This document shows positions 39,101 through 49,402 of a stretch of 59,959 nucleotides of DNA, piece by piece; the first letter of the stretch is position 1; every line of letters begins with the position of its first letter. Where the stretch lies: positions 1 to 59,959 of the forward strand of contig CAYSUG010000004.1 of NCBI GenBank assembly GCA_964434145.1. The letters are read 5' to 3'. The DNA comes from an uncultured Christensenella sp. GTDB taxonomy: Bacteria > Bacillota > Clostridia > Christensenellales > UBA1242. Under the pieces are notes generated by a model. It searched no databases. It had not been told where the DNA came from and saw only the letters and a list, made by a program, of their open reading frames with translations. The position numbers and the translations under genes are program-made.

Positions 39101-42100
39101 TCTGTCCACGATATATTTCCGTCCTCTCCTATAGAGATAGTTCCACTAATCTTATCTGACCTGTATCTATCTATATCGGTATGTATGTCATTAGGTAGAA
39201 GATAATTAATACCGGATGTATTACTATACACCTTGATTGTATATTCATTCTGAGCCCCCGTCTCTGCACTTCTACTTAGATACTTCTCTGGCAATTCAAA
39301 AATTGTCTTTGTTGCATTACTATTAGATGTAATCCAATATCTGTCTTGTGCCTCATTAAAATTACCATTGTGATACACGTCAACGATATAATTGCCATAA
39401 TATAATGCATCACCAGTATGATAAGCATTGCTACGTAATATATAAGTTGCATTATCCCAAGTATATAATCCATTCTCTACACTAACTTGGATCTTTGCTA
39501 ACTTCTCAGCAAAGAAATCACTACTATCGCTAAGTCTAGATGACAACATATTTTTACCATTGCCAATTGCTCTAACTTTGATATTATATATTCCTGCTCC
39601 CAAGTTGGAATTATCGCGAATGTCACTAAATGTATAAAGTTCCTTGCCATCTACATCAGTTAAAGTCTGTCTAGCGTCTACAATTTCTTCGCCAGCCTCA
39701 TTATAGAAATATATGATATATTCCTCTACATTAGCCTCAATCTGCCATGTAATTGCCTCGTTACCAATCTGCAATATAGGAGCAGAAATCACCTTGAATG
39801 AAGTCGAGGAATTAGAATAGTCAGAATTCAAGAATGTGCTACCACCTAACGCCTTGACACTAATCTTGTAATTAACACCGGCAGTAAGAGGTATAAAATC
39901 CTCAAATCCACCCTCTGCAACAAACAAATCATATATGTCTACCACTACCAGATTGTTAATTGTATCAAGAGACACACCAGAAGTTGTTAATGTGCTAATA
40001 ACAGCATTCTGGATAGCCACGCTGCTAATAGAAGGACTGAATGTCAGCATATAACTGGTCACGTTGTTACTGTTTGAATCTACGCTAGGAGCAAAGACTA
40101 ATTTATCATCATGTATCAATATATCGCTTGATTCCACCCTAGGAACTCCTGGTCTAGTCAATTTGAATGCATCGGTTACAGATTGTGACTGCAATGAAGC
40201 AAGTTGTGGAATGTCACCAATCGTATCATTGAATGTATTGCCATTGACCGACAAACTGATAGTATATTTTCCACTAGGGAATGATTCTGACAGAACGAAT
40301 TCTACTTTGATTCTATTGCAATCTGTCCAGTCCTCTTCTGCAATATTTCCAATCTGTGTTATATCAAAAGACTTACTTCCGCCATCAGTAGTCTTCAGTA
40401 TAATACTATAATTAGCAAACATACTATCCCCTAGCTGATACTTAACATTATTGATAGTAACATTCGGAGTAATAAATGAATACAAGAATGATTCGCTATT
40501 TAGTACATCTCTAATCGTATAATCAAGATTTACCCCAAGTGCATAATTGGCTACGCTAACCATTGCGGCTACATTATCTGCCCATATATTGTACACTATC
40601 ATTCCATTCTCTATCTTCAATCCACTGAAGATTTTATCTTGTAATGTATTAATTGCAACAAAATTATTTAATGGATGGGTTTCCGTCGTTGCTTTGACCA
40701 AGAATTTATTAGACACTGTCTTATTCTCTATCTCTACCTTGATATACTCCGCAGTCTGGATACTACCATTATCAATGGTCTTGATATCAAAGGTATTACC
40801 AGTCGTACTGGTTATGTACTGGATTCCTGCCTCATATTCTTCTGCATCGCTATCGAATGTATAAGGAGTAAATATAAGTTTGTAATAATCTATATTTGCT
40901 ACTGTATCCCAAGTAAGAATACCACCCTCTAACCTAATATTCTCTACAGTATTGGTCAGAATCTGTGCTACAGCAACTTTGGTTGTATCTGGATTATTAG
41001 AACCATTGGAACTATTAAGATAATATGATTCGCCCTCTGCCAAATTTCTAGAATCTAGGGTTCCTCCGGCCATAACGTAATATTTGTGCTGTCCTAACAT
41101 CACATTCAGATCAACAGCATATCTATACACAGCTTCACCAGATACTAATATTGTGTCTGTAGTGTAGCTAACATTAGCGGAATAATCATATACATAATAC
41201 TTTGACGCATTCCTAATCTCTTTCCACTCTAAATATGCAACTCTATCGAATGTTAGTTCACCCTTGCCATTAATCACATTATTGATTGTAGGACTATCTA
41301 GCTTGGTCGCAGATAGTGTCTGACTAACCGAACTAGTGATTGCATTATCCTTCTTCGCTCTAATGGAGAAGATATATGTTCCAGCATCAAAGTCTAGAGA
41401 CGACATATCGAAATAATACTGGCTAGATTGTCCCTCTCTGGATATAAGTGTCGAATTGGCATTAATATTTTTGCCACTAGGATCTACATAAGACAAGTTA
41501 TATCTAGTAGCCGATACATCATTCCATTTGATAACTCCATTCTCTACAAACAGTATTGGCGTCTCTACAATGCTTGCATTTTCTACGATTGCGTCCGCAT
41601 CAATATATCCACTACCATTATCACCAACTAAATTAACAACCACTAAGTAATCACCAGCTGGAATATTTGCCACATCTACTGTCAAATCCTTGATATAATC
41701 AGCGTCAAACAGCAAGTCCGCGTTAGCATTTATCTGCCACGTATATTGATGAGTATATGTATTATCGCCATTATCCTGATAGAAGTAAATATTAGCTTCT
41801 TTTAGACCAGCCACATCATCTAGCCCAGTCACATTCACCTTACCGTCGTCAATTGAGAACTCTACATTAGAATTGTCTAATTTATTAAGTTCAATAGAAT
41901 ATTCAGTTATATCCCTTGTAGATACAGACAGTACTCCATTAGTTTTATCGCTAGTATAATTAGTGTTGTTGTAACCCAATGCATTATTTAAGGTTATTGT
42001 GATAGATGATATATCTTGATCATGAATATATACCTTTCCACCACCACTAACTAGAGCATCACCATCATCAACAACATCCACGACATCTATATCAAGACGG

Positions 42101-45100
42101 ATGATATATGTATAGTTGTCATAAATTACATTGATATTACCGCCAGTATTGTTGCCAGAAGGAGATATAGCTCCAGATTGATTAGCCAGGATTGTGTAAG
42201 AATGCAAGCCAATTGTCATACTATATGATTGTGCCAAATCTTTGCCAGTCGTTGTGTCCCTATTAGGCTCTGGCACAGCCATGGATATCTGTATATAATA
42301 ATCAGACTCACCCCTAACAATCTCAGCGTCAAATAATACAGCGCTTAATTTCATGAATGTAAAATTTTCACTATAATTACTCTTTAATGCACCACTATTT
42401 GGTTGGCTCTGAATAGATATAGTATATATTCCAGATTCTTTGCCAGCAAAGTTAATAGCACCGCTATGTTCATCACTAGGCTCATTATTGATAATATAAT
42501 TGTACACATATCCAGCATTATCATTACCACACCAAATGGTTGTAGCATTATTAATTATCTGGATGCTGGATATCGCCGTAGCCTTCGATATATTGTTTAC
42601 GCCGCTAACGCTATCCAATATTGCCGAACTATTTGCCATATAGTATATATTAAATTTAAAGTCTCCACTAGGCAATAGTACCTCTTCTCCCAACTCATTC
42701 ATTACCATGACACTAGCAAAATCTATAATAATATTGTCACTGACTGTGCCTGACTGGAAGTCATGTGTATAGATATATGTATTCTCGCCTTGGACAAAGT
42801 GTAACTCGATTGCTTGTGTATTGTTATCCGCCTTAGTAGGATCCAGCGTCAACTTCAAATTGCCATTATAATAACTAACCCCGTACTGATCATTAGCAAG
42901 CTTGGACAATGTATCCTTGTTACGACCTTCTATAATGGCCATATTAGAGATATAATCATCACCTACGACTTGGATAGTTGCTACGATATTATTGGTCTGC
43001 CATGTCGCCATTAGTGTACCAATAGCCTCTATTGTGATAACATATTTGCCACCTTCTAATATTAAGTCACTAGAATCCTTAATTAACTCTTTTGAATTAT
43101 TACTATTGGAGGCGTCTGTCAATGTAACGATATACTGACTAACTTTGTCTACACCACCAACCATATTATTGGCTGTAAATGAAAGTTTTAGATTCTCTGT
43201 CGCATTAGCACCGGTAATAATATCTATAGTCGCACTCAAGTCGGCAACATCCGATAATTTGTGGAATATATACTCTGTTGCCTTGCTATTCAACTTACCA
43301 CTCTCTACCGCAGTCAGAATCATTGTATGCTGACCAGCAGACAAGGATGTCGTATCTATTACTCCACCTTCTCCATTGTATTTGATAGCAGAGCCAGAAT
43401 CTATTGTGTATGTATACTCTACGCCATCAGCGACTGAGATGCTTAGTGCCCCATCACTAACTGATGCTGTAGGTGCAGTAGACAACCTAATATCTGTTAG
43501 TTCTGAGACTGACTGATTAGTCACAAGTAGGTCACCGCCAATATAACGTAGCGTTGCTGTGTATATCTTGACTTCTTCTAAGGCTGTTGGAGCATAAGAA
43601 TAACCATTCTTCAGGTCGGTTGGAGTGATTATCTTACTTTCTACAACTTTGCCTTCTGCATCATATATTATTAACTCCGCAGTCGCCTTAGTATCAATTT
43701 TATCTTTTGGCAATTGTATCTTGCCACCCACTATAGACATAGCATTAGGCTGAGCTAAGAAGTTGATTGTTACAGTACTAGTTGTATTATTAGTAATGTA
43801 GCCAATCTGGTCTGTAGACAATTCTTCTATAGTACTACCCACAACAGATGCCATCGTAATAGTAGCATCGTCACCAGTTATTCCTAATCCGCTATGATCT
43901 ATGATCAGAGTATATGTGCCAGCACTATATGTTATGCTGTAACCTTCTGCTGAAAGAGCGCTATTGGCTACAACCACATATTCTTTTGTTACATTATCAC
44001 TAGTCAATCTAATTATATACTTGCTAGCCAGATCTGTGTCTGTATCGTATTTGTTCTTCGCATCCCAAGTAATGACATATTGCGATATCTGATATTTATC
44101 ATTCGTATCATAAACTATAGATGCAGATATGGTAGAACTAGCCAACTTCTGCAACGTATACACATCAGACTCATCACTAATTAATGCACCAACCTTGCTA
44201 ACACGAATTGCGAACTGCTGTTCGCCAGTAATATTATTTATGTTAGCTAGCTTTTTGCCGCCCTTGTTATATGCTGTATATGTATAGCCTTCTCTTCCTA
44301 CTATCTCTGCCAAACCATCACTTAATACAATTTTTTCTGCTATATCAGTTCCAAATACAGCATTCTTAGTAATTGTCATATCTGTTGTCGCTGCACTAAC
44401 CACCCCTAATCTTCCTGTTTTATTTAGCTTGATAGTATAGCTATAGGTGCCAGCATCAAATGCTGCAAAATCCAGAATCAGCTTGCCGCTAGTCTTTGAT
44501 ACGCCTAGCACGCTATTGTTGGTTCCTGTAATAGCGGACTGAATATTGTTAGTATCAACAACAAATTCTTCGTTATTGATGTCTAGGATAACTAAAGTAT
44601 ATCCACTAGGCAATGCACCTAGATCCAATTGCATTGTATCATTTATGGCAATCTTGCTTGTATCAAATGCATTGTGATATGTAAATGTAGCAGTCATACC
44701 ACCTGTGCTATTATACGCCACATCGTTGGCATCATCTATTATTCCTACTGCATGGATATTAAGCTCACAAGTTTGCCCAGCCGTAACAAAGCCTATTTCT
44801 TTCAATTTTGCAATATCCAGTGTATATACGCCATTACTTGCAGCCAGTGCATATTCCGCCACATCATTCTTAACTGCATCGTTATACAACACTGAAGTAA
44901 TAGTAGAACTAACCCCATCGATATTATAAATCAATGTGTTATTATTAGATTTGTTAGTAATAGTCAACACATATATACTAGTTACATTGACGCCATCCAT
45001 CTTGTGGTTATAGAATGTTAATTCATCTTCGCTGACGAATGTTAAACCTGCAGTAAAAGCCGTATTCCTAATCTCGACTATATTACTTGCTCCTGAAGAC

Positions 45101-48100
45101 AAGTAATAGTTGTCTCTACTAGATGCAGCACTGCAGACTACATAGTATGAGTAATTACCAGAGGTGATATTATCAGCAATGACCACTCTGCCCTCTGACT
45201 CGCCTAAATCTATATCTTGCTTAGAGTAAATTGCACTTGTAGTTAACTTCCTATACACATCATACTGAATACCAGATATTTCTGTATTTACCTTTGCAAA
45301 GGTAGGCCTATTGACTCCTTCAATACTAGTTATACTTAGTTCCACTGGAGCCAATTTGGTTAGTACAAACACTTTTGTTTGGCTATCTAGCACGAATCTT
45401 GTGGTTAATTCATTGAAGTCTGATGAGATATTACCAGAAGCCATCACACTGGCATTATATTCACCTGCAGATACAATTACATTCTTAGTATCATATATAG
45501 CATTCAGAGGATTAGTGAACTGTGCCAAGATATCAGAAGATCCCGCTGGCATATCTATGCCCAGTGTTATCTTGGACATATCAGACGAAGTAACATTGTT
45601 TAATCTTATCTGATAGTCTACAACCTCCACGCTAGGCTGAGCCAATCTTACTATTGTAATCTGGCTAGCAGTGCTACTAAGATACGCCATATCGCTCGAT
45701 TGAGTATATGTAGCATTAGTATATGACGACATCTCAAAAAGATATTCGCCAACACCTGTAATCCCCAGTCCGCTTTCTCCTATAGCAATATCTGCGATAT
45801 TGTAACCATAATACAAGTTGTTGATATTAGTGTTAAGAATAGCAGAATTACCCACGCTATTTATTGCATTGACGACATAGCGGATATTGTCCACATCCTC
45901 TATTTTGGATTTCTCCCACACAATATATTGTGCATCATTCAAATCTATAACAGAGAGTATTGTCTTAGCCAATTTCTTGAACTTGATTGCTGCACTATAC
46001 TCGCTATCAAATGCACCAACCTTCCTTACCTTGACCCTAGCAGAATATTCTATTCCGTCTAATATATTGTAGTCTGCCAAATCTAACAAATCCAACTTGT
46101 TAACACTACCACTAATGTTTGATACATTGAATTCTTTTTTAGTAGATGCAGAAGATATCTCTACAACATAGTTACCAATGATACTATCTGCAAAATACAT
46201 TGTATCGTCTGTAATAGTTATATCAGATATTGCAGATAGTTTCACAATAGTGCCAGAATTAAAATTAGATTGCAGGATCGTTGAACCACTAACCAATCCC
46301 ATTACAGACAGTGTGATAGTATTATCACCTGAAACCAAAGCCTCCTCTATCTCTGTGCCAATATAGCTTAGATAATTCTCTCCATTATTAACTATAACAC
46401 TAGCACCGCCCACTGAGACCTTGTAGGATATAGCACTATCTACGCTATCCCATACTATCTTGTCTCCAGCATCGTTCAGTTTGATATTATCAGTCTCCGC
46501 GAATTTATAGAACCCAATTGTTGTTGCTGCACCAAATACGCCTCCGACACTAGACACTGACTCAATGGTTATGACATATGCATCGCCACCTACATTGCTA
46601 GCAATCTTGTGATAACCCACGAAATTATCTAGCTTATCAATAACATTAATATTGTCATTGGTTGTAACAACATCTGAATATGTGGATGCCCCTATTTGAT
46701 ATGTAACGTTATAAGATGTAGCACCTGCGACCGCGTCAAATGATAGAATGCCGTCTTTGCTCAAGCTCACCCTAGTAGGTGCACCTATTGTCTGATAAAC
46801 TCCACTCTTTTTAATAGTAGTTGTCTCATGATTGATAGTATTATTGTGACCCTTGGAGAAAATATATAGGTCATAAGTACCAGACTCTGTAATAATACTC
46901 TGCAGATCTACCTGAGAAGAAGTAGTTGCTGTCTTTGTAATAATATTTTTGTCAGATACGAACACTAACTCTATCTCTTCAATATATTTTTCTGATGTCG
47001 CCTTAGTAGGAATTGTATACGACAAAATACTACCGTTGATAGTTATGCCAAATGCATCTACAGATGGCGTATATTCACTTAAATCCACCTTGCTACTAGC
47101 CGCCACACCACTATCTATGACCAAGACATTGTCTATAGCCGCATTGCTATCCGCCCCCAGATCACTACTATTCATAGGCATAAATGCGGATACTGTCACA
47201 ACATATTGATTGAAGTCCCCATTACTCCTAAGATCGGATAATACACTAGATGTAAGGTCAAAAATTGGTGTATTGTCTAATCCACCAAAGTCATTATAGT
47301 CTACAACATAATTCTTAGACAATGATCCGCTAACAATATTGACCAAATAACTAATCTTTCTACGCACGGACGCATCGTCTATAGCATGACTCCATGATAT
47401 CCTCGTTGGACCATATGTAGTTACACTATTTGATCCAATTACAACATTCGCAGTAGTCTCGTTGGTGTATGTTACTGATACCGGGTCTAGAATTGCCACC
47501 TTAGTAACATTAGTAACTGGACTATCGAAAAACTCTATATCGTCCTCTACCACACTATTAAGGATGTTTGTATAATTAGCCCCTTTGTCCACAATTGTGG
47601 CACGGAACGATATGTCATATATCTTATCATCACTTCCTAGAGACGCCAGAGACCATGAATCTATTGCCGAGGTCTGCCTATACAGATAATCTGTGTTATC
47701 ATCTATCGCCTTGAACGCCACAACAGCCTTAGCATTGGAGTCTATACCTTTTAGCTTAATTTCTCTATCCTTGAAAGAATATGTAGGAGTGTCTAATATA
47801 TAGAACTTGTACTTATCACTCTTCTCACCACTGGTTGTGAGTGTATTATCCCCTAGTGCTTGTATAGTAATCTCATTAATAGTACCAGTATAGAATCCAC
47901 CAGCAACATCTTCTAACTTGAATGACGACACACCCGCCATAGTTGTATAATTGATACTCTCGCTCTTACCGTTAATAGTGTATTGCAGCTGAACTGCATA
48001 TTTGATCTTGCTAGCATCTATTGCCACATTCTCAGTATTGCTAGTAACAGGCAACCACGAAATTTCACTGCCATTATATTTCACATTGGTCACTTTGTTC

Positions 48101-48564
48101 AAGGTAGATGGCTGAGTCACAACGACCTTGACACTGCTAGACACGATTGTATCACCGCCAGATTTATCTGACACTGCCGCAAAAGTAATAGTCACAGGAG
48201 TATTACCACTAGGCATACTATTCACGCTAAATCTAACAACCCCAGTCTGCTCGCCATTAACATTATCTTCCGCCTTGGCTGTAATAGCCGAATCGCTAGT
48301 GGTTACCACTATATAATATTGATCCAGATTGATTGGACTAGCGACATATTTCAAAGAAAACTCATTGACATTATTTAGGTTAACCACAAATGTCTTGTCC
48401 TCTCCGTCAGATATATCCACCAGATTGTCGTCATTGGCCATTACATCTATACTCTCTACAGTATAGTTGGGTGGCTGCTTCATCAAAGACGCGACTAAGC
48501 CAATCGTTAACCCTACTATCGTTATACTCATGATAATCAAAATTATTTTTACAGATTTTTTCAT
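36118..48564 (-). CDS. giant N-terminally anchored surface protein (4148 aa): many FN3/Ig-like modules plus a C-terminal GLUG-like beta-helix domain
   Basis: A single 12.4-kb ORF with SD GGTAGGTGAG and signal anchor MKKSVKIILIIMSITIVGLTIGLVASL. It has at least 14 modules with a recurring [IL]xW..V..A..Y signature, for example ISWLPVTS, KIVWDSVDSAISYKV, VIKWNDVSATRYNL, ILTWDTVANIDYYKL and TLSWEYVRNVNYEI. Confidence 0.9.
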   Translation of the reverse strand: MKKSVKIILIIMSITIVGLTIGLVASLMKQPPNYTVESIDVMANDDNLVDISDGEDKTFVVNLNNVNEFSLKYVASPINLDQYYIVVTTSDSAITAKAEDNVNGEQTGVVRFSVNSMPSGNTPVTITFAAVSDKSGGDTIVSSSVKVVVTQPSTLNKVTNVKYNGSEISWLPVTSNTENVAIDASKIKYAVQLQYTINGKSESINYTTMAGVSSFKLEDVAGGFYTGTINEITIQALGDNTLTTSGEKSDKYKFYILDTPTYSFKDREIKLKGIDSNAKAVVAFKAIDDNTDYLYRQTSAIDSWSLASLGSDDKIYDISFRATIVDKGANYTNILNSVVEDDIEFFDSPVTNVTKVAILDPVSVTYTNETTANVVIGSNSVTTYGPTRISWSHAIDDASVRRKISYLVNIVSGSLSKNYVVDYNDFGGLDNTPIFDLTSSVLSDLRSNGDFNQYVVTVSAFMPMNSSDLGADSNAAIDNVLVIDSGVAASSKVDLSEYTPSVDAFGITINGSILSYTIPTKATSEKYIEEIELVFVSDKNIITKTATTSSQVDLQSIITESGTYDLYIFSKGHNNTINHETTTIKKSGVYQTIGAPTRVSLSKDGILSFDAVAGATSYNVTYQIGASTYSDVVTTNDNINVIDKLDNFVGYHKIASNVGGDAYVITIESVSSVGGVFGAATTIGFYKFAETDNIKLNDAGDKIVWDSVDSAISYKVSVGGASVIVNNGENYLSYIGTEIEEALVSGDNTITLSVMGLVSGSTILQSNFNSGTIVKLSAISDITITDDTMYFADSIIGNYVVEISSASTKKEFNVSNISGSVNKLDLLDLADYNILDGIEYSARVKVRKVGAFDSEYSAAIKFKKLAKTILSVIDLNDAQYIVWEKSKIEDVDNIRYVVNAINSVGNSAILNTNINNLYYGYNIADIAIGESGLGITGVGEYLFEMSSYTNATYTQSSDMAYLSSTASQITIVRLAQPSVEVVDYQIRLNNVTSSDMSKITLGIDMPAGSSDILAQFTNPLNAIYDTKNVIVSAGEYNASVMASGNISSDFNELTTRFVLDSQTKVFVLTKLAPVELSITSIEGVNRPTFAKVNTEISGIQYDVYRKLTTSAIYSKQDIDLGESEGRVVIADNITSGNYSYYVVCSAASSRDNYYLSSGASNIVEIRNTAFTAGLTFVSEDELTFYNHKMDGVNVTSIYVLTITNKSNNNTLIYNIDGVSSTITSVLYNDAVKNDVAEYALAASNGVYTLDIAKLKEIGFVTAGQTCELNIHAVGIIDDANDVAYNSTGGMTATFTYHNAFDTSKIAINDTMQLDLGALPSGYTLVILDINNEEFVVDTNNIQSAITGTNNSVLGVSKTSGKLILDFAAFDAGTYSYTIKLNKTGRLGVVSAATTDMTITKNAVFGTDIAEKIVLSDGLAEIVGREGYTYTAYNKGGKKLANINNITGEQQFAIRVSKVGALISDESDVYTLQKLASSTISASIVYDTNDKYQISQYVITWDAKNKYDTDTDLASKYIIRLTSDNVTKEYVVVANSALSAEGYSITYSAGTYTLIIDHSGLGITGDDATITMASVVGSTIEELSTDQIGYITNNTTSTVTINFLAQPNAMSIVGGKIQLPKDKIDTKATAELIIYDAEGKVVESKIITPTDLKNGYSYAPTALEEVKIYTATLRYIGGDLLVTNQSVSELTDIRLSTAPTASVSDGALSISVADGVEYTYTIDSGSAIKYNGEGGVIDTTSLSAGQHTMILTAVESGKLNSKATEYIFHKLSDVADLSATIDIITGANATENLKLSFTANNMVGGVDKVSQYIVTLTDASNSNNSKELIKDSSDLILEGGKYVITIEAIGTLMATWQTNNIVATIQVVGDDYISNMAIIEGRNKDTLSKLANDQYGVSYYNGNLKLTLDPTKADNNTQAIELHFVQGENTYIYTHDFQSGTVSDNIIIDFASVMVMNELGEEVLLPSGDFKFNIYYMANSSAILDSVSGVNNISKATAISSIQIINNATTIWCGNDNAGYVYNYIINNEPSDEHSGAINFAGKESGIYTISIQSQPNSGALKSNYSENFTFMKLSAVLFDAEIVRGESDYYIQISMAVPEPNRDTTTGKDLAQSYSMTIGLHSYTILANQSGAISPSGNNTGGNINVIYDNYTYIIRLDIDVVDVVDDGDALVSGGGKVYIHDQDISSITITLNNALGYNNTNYTSDKTNGVLSVSTRDITEYSIELNKLDNSNVEFSIDDGKVNVTGLDDVAGLKEANIYFYQDNGDNTYTHQYTWQINANADLLFDADYIKDLTVDVANIPAGDYLVVVNLVGDNGSGYIDADAIVENASIVETPILFVENGVIKWNDVSATRYNLSYVDPSGKNINANSTLISREGQSSQYYFDMSSLDFDAGTYIFSIRAKKDNAITSSVSQTLSATKLDSPTINNVINGKGELTFDRVAYLEWKEIRNASKYYVYDYSANVSYTTDTILVSGEAVYRYAVDLNVMLGQHKYYVMAGGTLDSRNLAEGESYYLNSSNGSNNPDTTKVAVAQILTNTVENIRLEGGILTWDTVANIDYYKLIFTPYTFDSDAEEYEAGIQYITSTTGNTFDIKTIDNGSIQTAEYIKVEIENKTVSNKFLVKATTETHPLNNFVAINTLQDKIFSGLKIENGMIVYNIWADNVAAMVSVANYALGVNLDYTIRDVLNSESFLYSFITPNVTINNVKYQLGDSMFANYSIILKTTDGGSKSFDITQIGNIAEEDWTDCNRIKVEFVLSESFPSGKYTISLSVNGNTFNDTIGDIPQLASLQSQSVTDAFKLTRPGVPRVESSDILIHDDKLVFAPSVDSNSNNVTSYMLTFSPSISSVAIQNAVISTLTTSGVSLDTINNLVVVDIYDLFVAEGGFEDFIPLTAGVNYKISVKALGGSTFLNSDYSNSSTSFKVISAPILQIGNEAITWQIEANVEEYIIYFYNEAGEEIVDARQTLTDVDGKELYTFSDIRDNSNLGAGIYNIKVRAIGNGKNMLSSRLSDSSDFFAEKLAKIQVSVENGLYTWDNATYILRSNAYHTGDALYYGNYIVDVYHNGNFNEAQDRYWITSNSNATKTIFELPEKYLSRSAETGAQNEYTIKVYSNTSGINYLLPNDIHTDIDRYRSDKISGTISIGEDGNISWTDSYNNDYIVFIYSSGNLVYTSGVLKSKSLNIYSLYPQYDSDGVGIGDKFVPNAGSYTIKIKSIDKTNFSDTSPEVKDAILRSVYTADFYIRTIHYPEVRVTDGDISWNTTTSVMGSELAATRITIKGKVYVGDVETEVDTTLKLEFGYDISSFQFQKILAEKISIEIDGTSSADHYKAKFTNDNPNGHGSSTIQFIEGQNYEVSIRFFANENRYNIAFGENTEYVISSEAVMTNFVMLNNPDTAVNPRQYEASTDAKEQSIFSGIPSEYKYSNYIYWEKPNDNVVSYNIEIYTSHSDVLEGAVLRYIYKIRGSIVTLYQIDNNGDLVAMEGDYNTCLSISDDNIYFAMDRTLNTLDSSSIYIYLQSIGDTIESSIAKDSINDTYYLTYHLATETKLAQAMEISLPSTPESLSYDNNGTLSWEYVRNVNYEIVVAYQREDATEATSHYNNITRLIINYDNFSIHSGNYFGDKRAEIDKLRLQVINLLGLNANDYNNRDVFDFQNTENVYYVDIITINSKDVITYSVIDESNDETIYAYYKLRYLSNNITNVTIRAIGNMSVGSGNTSSGDNTSSFISKPTMLEKLSFTLFAGGDGSKDTPFVIKSLNSIEYYIDESCHFVVNTDITETVSATLGLNNQKAFNGVLDGGNYSFNVLISSSSIDEAGSAYYAGLFYNIASTAAVINMNIVLTNNDDNVIDRTVPTYVGVVAIYNYGLIANVNVSGDLVARITSNANAYIGGVVYSNMGTIAYANVSANITETTGAANARLAGIAVYNGYDNINYANAGIYVSSYSGIMTGRNMGVIAAFVYAGTVDRCYNTGTMSGSGTSDYYIGGLVCYIKPQMSVTISNSYVELAGLKITSNAKFGAVYAKYENGSSSCELSNIYTTIDLDSQNSSIDDSATIGGVYANNAGGVTFDRVYYNSNVFKQYTTTPSGIGTYTGDMPDSAYSYDSANPYDIFDNVLGNATNPSIWDLDPLSSNIKVVYRTMNGMGTQE
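36121..37347 (-). other. C-terminal 409-aa GLUG-like / parallel beta-helix domain of the 4148-aa protein
   Basis: GDGSKDTPFVIKSLNSIEYY...FNGVLDGGNYSF...YAGLFYNI...YVGVVAIYNYGLIANVNV...YIGGVVYSNMGTI...YIGGLVCYI. The same module type is found at about 21627-22355 in the 611-aa protein. Confidence 0.65.
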
Positions 48565-48871
48565 TTCTCACCTACCACATATCATATGGCTATTCATCAA
48601 TTTATGATCTAGACCAAAACACAATACCTTTCCCTTTAGTCTAGACACACATAATTTCCAGAGATATTTTATCATAACGACATATTTAGACAAAATATTT
48701 ACCGATATATAAAAAAATAATAAAATTATATACATTTATTATCATTAATTGAGAGATTTTTTATTCTAGCAGCCGTACAAAAGAAGAAAATACTACAAAA
48801 CATTAAAAAAATGCTTGGCAAAAGCAACCATTTTGTACTATCCTTTATACAACAAAATAATGGAGAAAAAT

Positions 48872-49363
48872 ATGTTAAATATTGTATTAGTAGAACCAGA
48901 AATCCCTCAGAACGCAGGCAATATTGTGCGTACTTGTGCAGCAACGGGAGCAAAACTATATATGGTACGGCCACTAGGATTTGAGCTAAGTGACAAATAT
49001 TACAAGCGTGCCGGTCTAGATTATTTTGACCTAAGCAGTATTGAGGTTGTAGATTCTTTTGAAGAAATATATGAGAAAAACAAGGACAAACAATTTTATT
49101 TTGCCAGCACCAAATCTGCTAAGACATATGCAGATGTATCGTATTCAGACGGAGCATTTATCGTATTTGGCAAAGAGAGCTTTGGACTAAGAGAATCGTT
49201 ACTAAAGGAACATTACAACGACTGTATCAGAATCCCTATGCTACCAGGAACAAGGAGCCTTAACCTGTCCAACTCCGTCGCAATAATTGTATACGAGGCG
49301 TTAAGGCAACAAGGGTTCAATAATATGCAAAACACTGGACAACTAACCAATAGAAAAGATTAA
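48872..49363 (+). CDS. trmL: tRNA (cytidine/uridine-2'-O-)-methyltransferase TrmL (SpoU/TrmH family)
   Basis: The likely start is the ATG at 48872 (MLNIVLVEPEIPQNAGNIVRTCAATG) after a GGAG SD. The C-terminal knot motif is IPMLPGTRSLNLSNSVAIIVYEALRQ. Confidence 0.9.
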   Translation: MLNIVLVEPEIPQNAGNIVRTCAATGAKLYMVRPLGFELSDKYYKRAGLDYFDLSSIEVVDSFEEIYEKNKDKQFYFASTKSAKTYADVSYSDGAFIVFGKESFGLRESLLKEHYNDCIRIPMLPGTRSLNLSNSVAIIVYEALRQQGFNNMQNTGQLTNRKD

Positions 49364-49392
49364 AAAAAATGTCTAAATATAGACATTTTTTT
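49362..49392. terminator. bidirectional terminator between trmL and the SSB-like gene
   Basis: A8-ATGTCTA-AATA-TAGACAT-T7. Confidence 0.7.
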
Positions 49393-49402
49393 GTTTTCTA
49401 TT

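Noticed and set aside
36782-48316. Many 60-115-aa ORFs antisense to or overlapping the two giant genes and other long CDSs, including those at 4769-8836.
   Set aside because: They are embedded in much longer, well-supported ORFs on the opposite strand. They lack SDs and have low-complexity translations, so they are typical shadow ORFs.
33288-48564. The idea that the giant gene plus the adjacent secA is an accessory SecA2-type export locus.
   Set aside because: This SecA is full length with the canonical C-terminal zinc finger, and it sits in the usual secA...prfB chromosomal context. There is no secY2, asp or glycosyltransferase gene. A strong terminator separates it from the giant gene.
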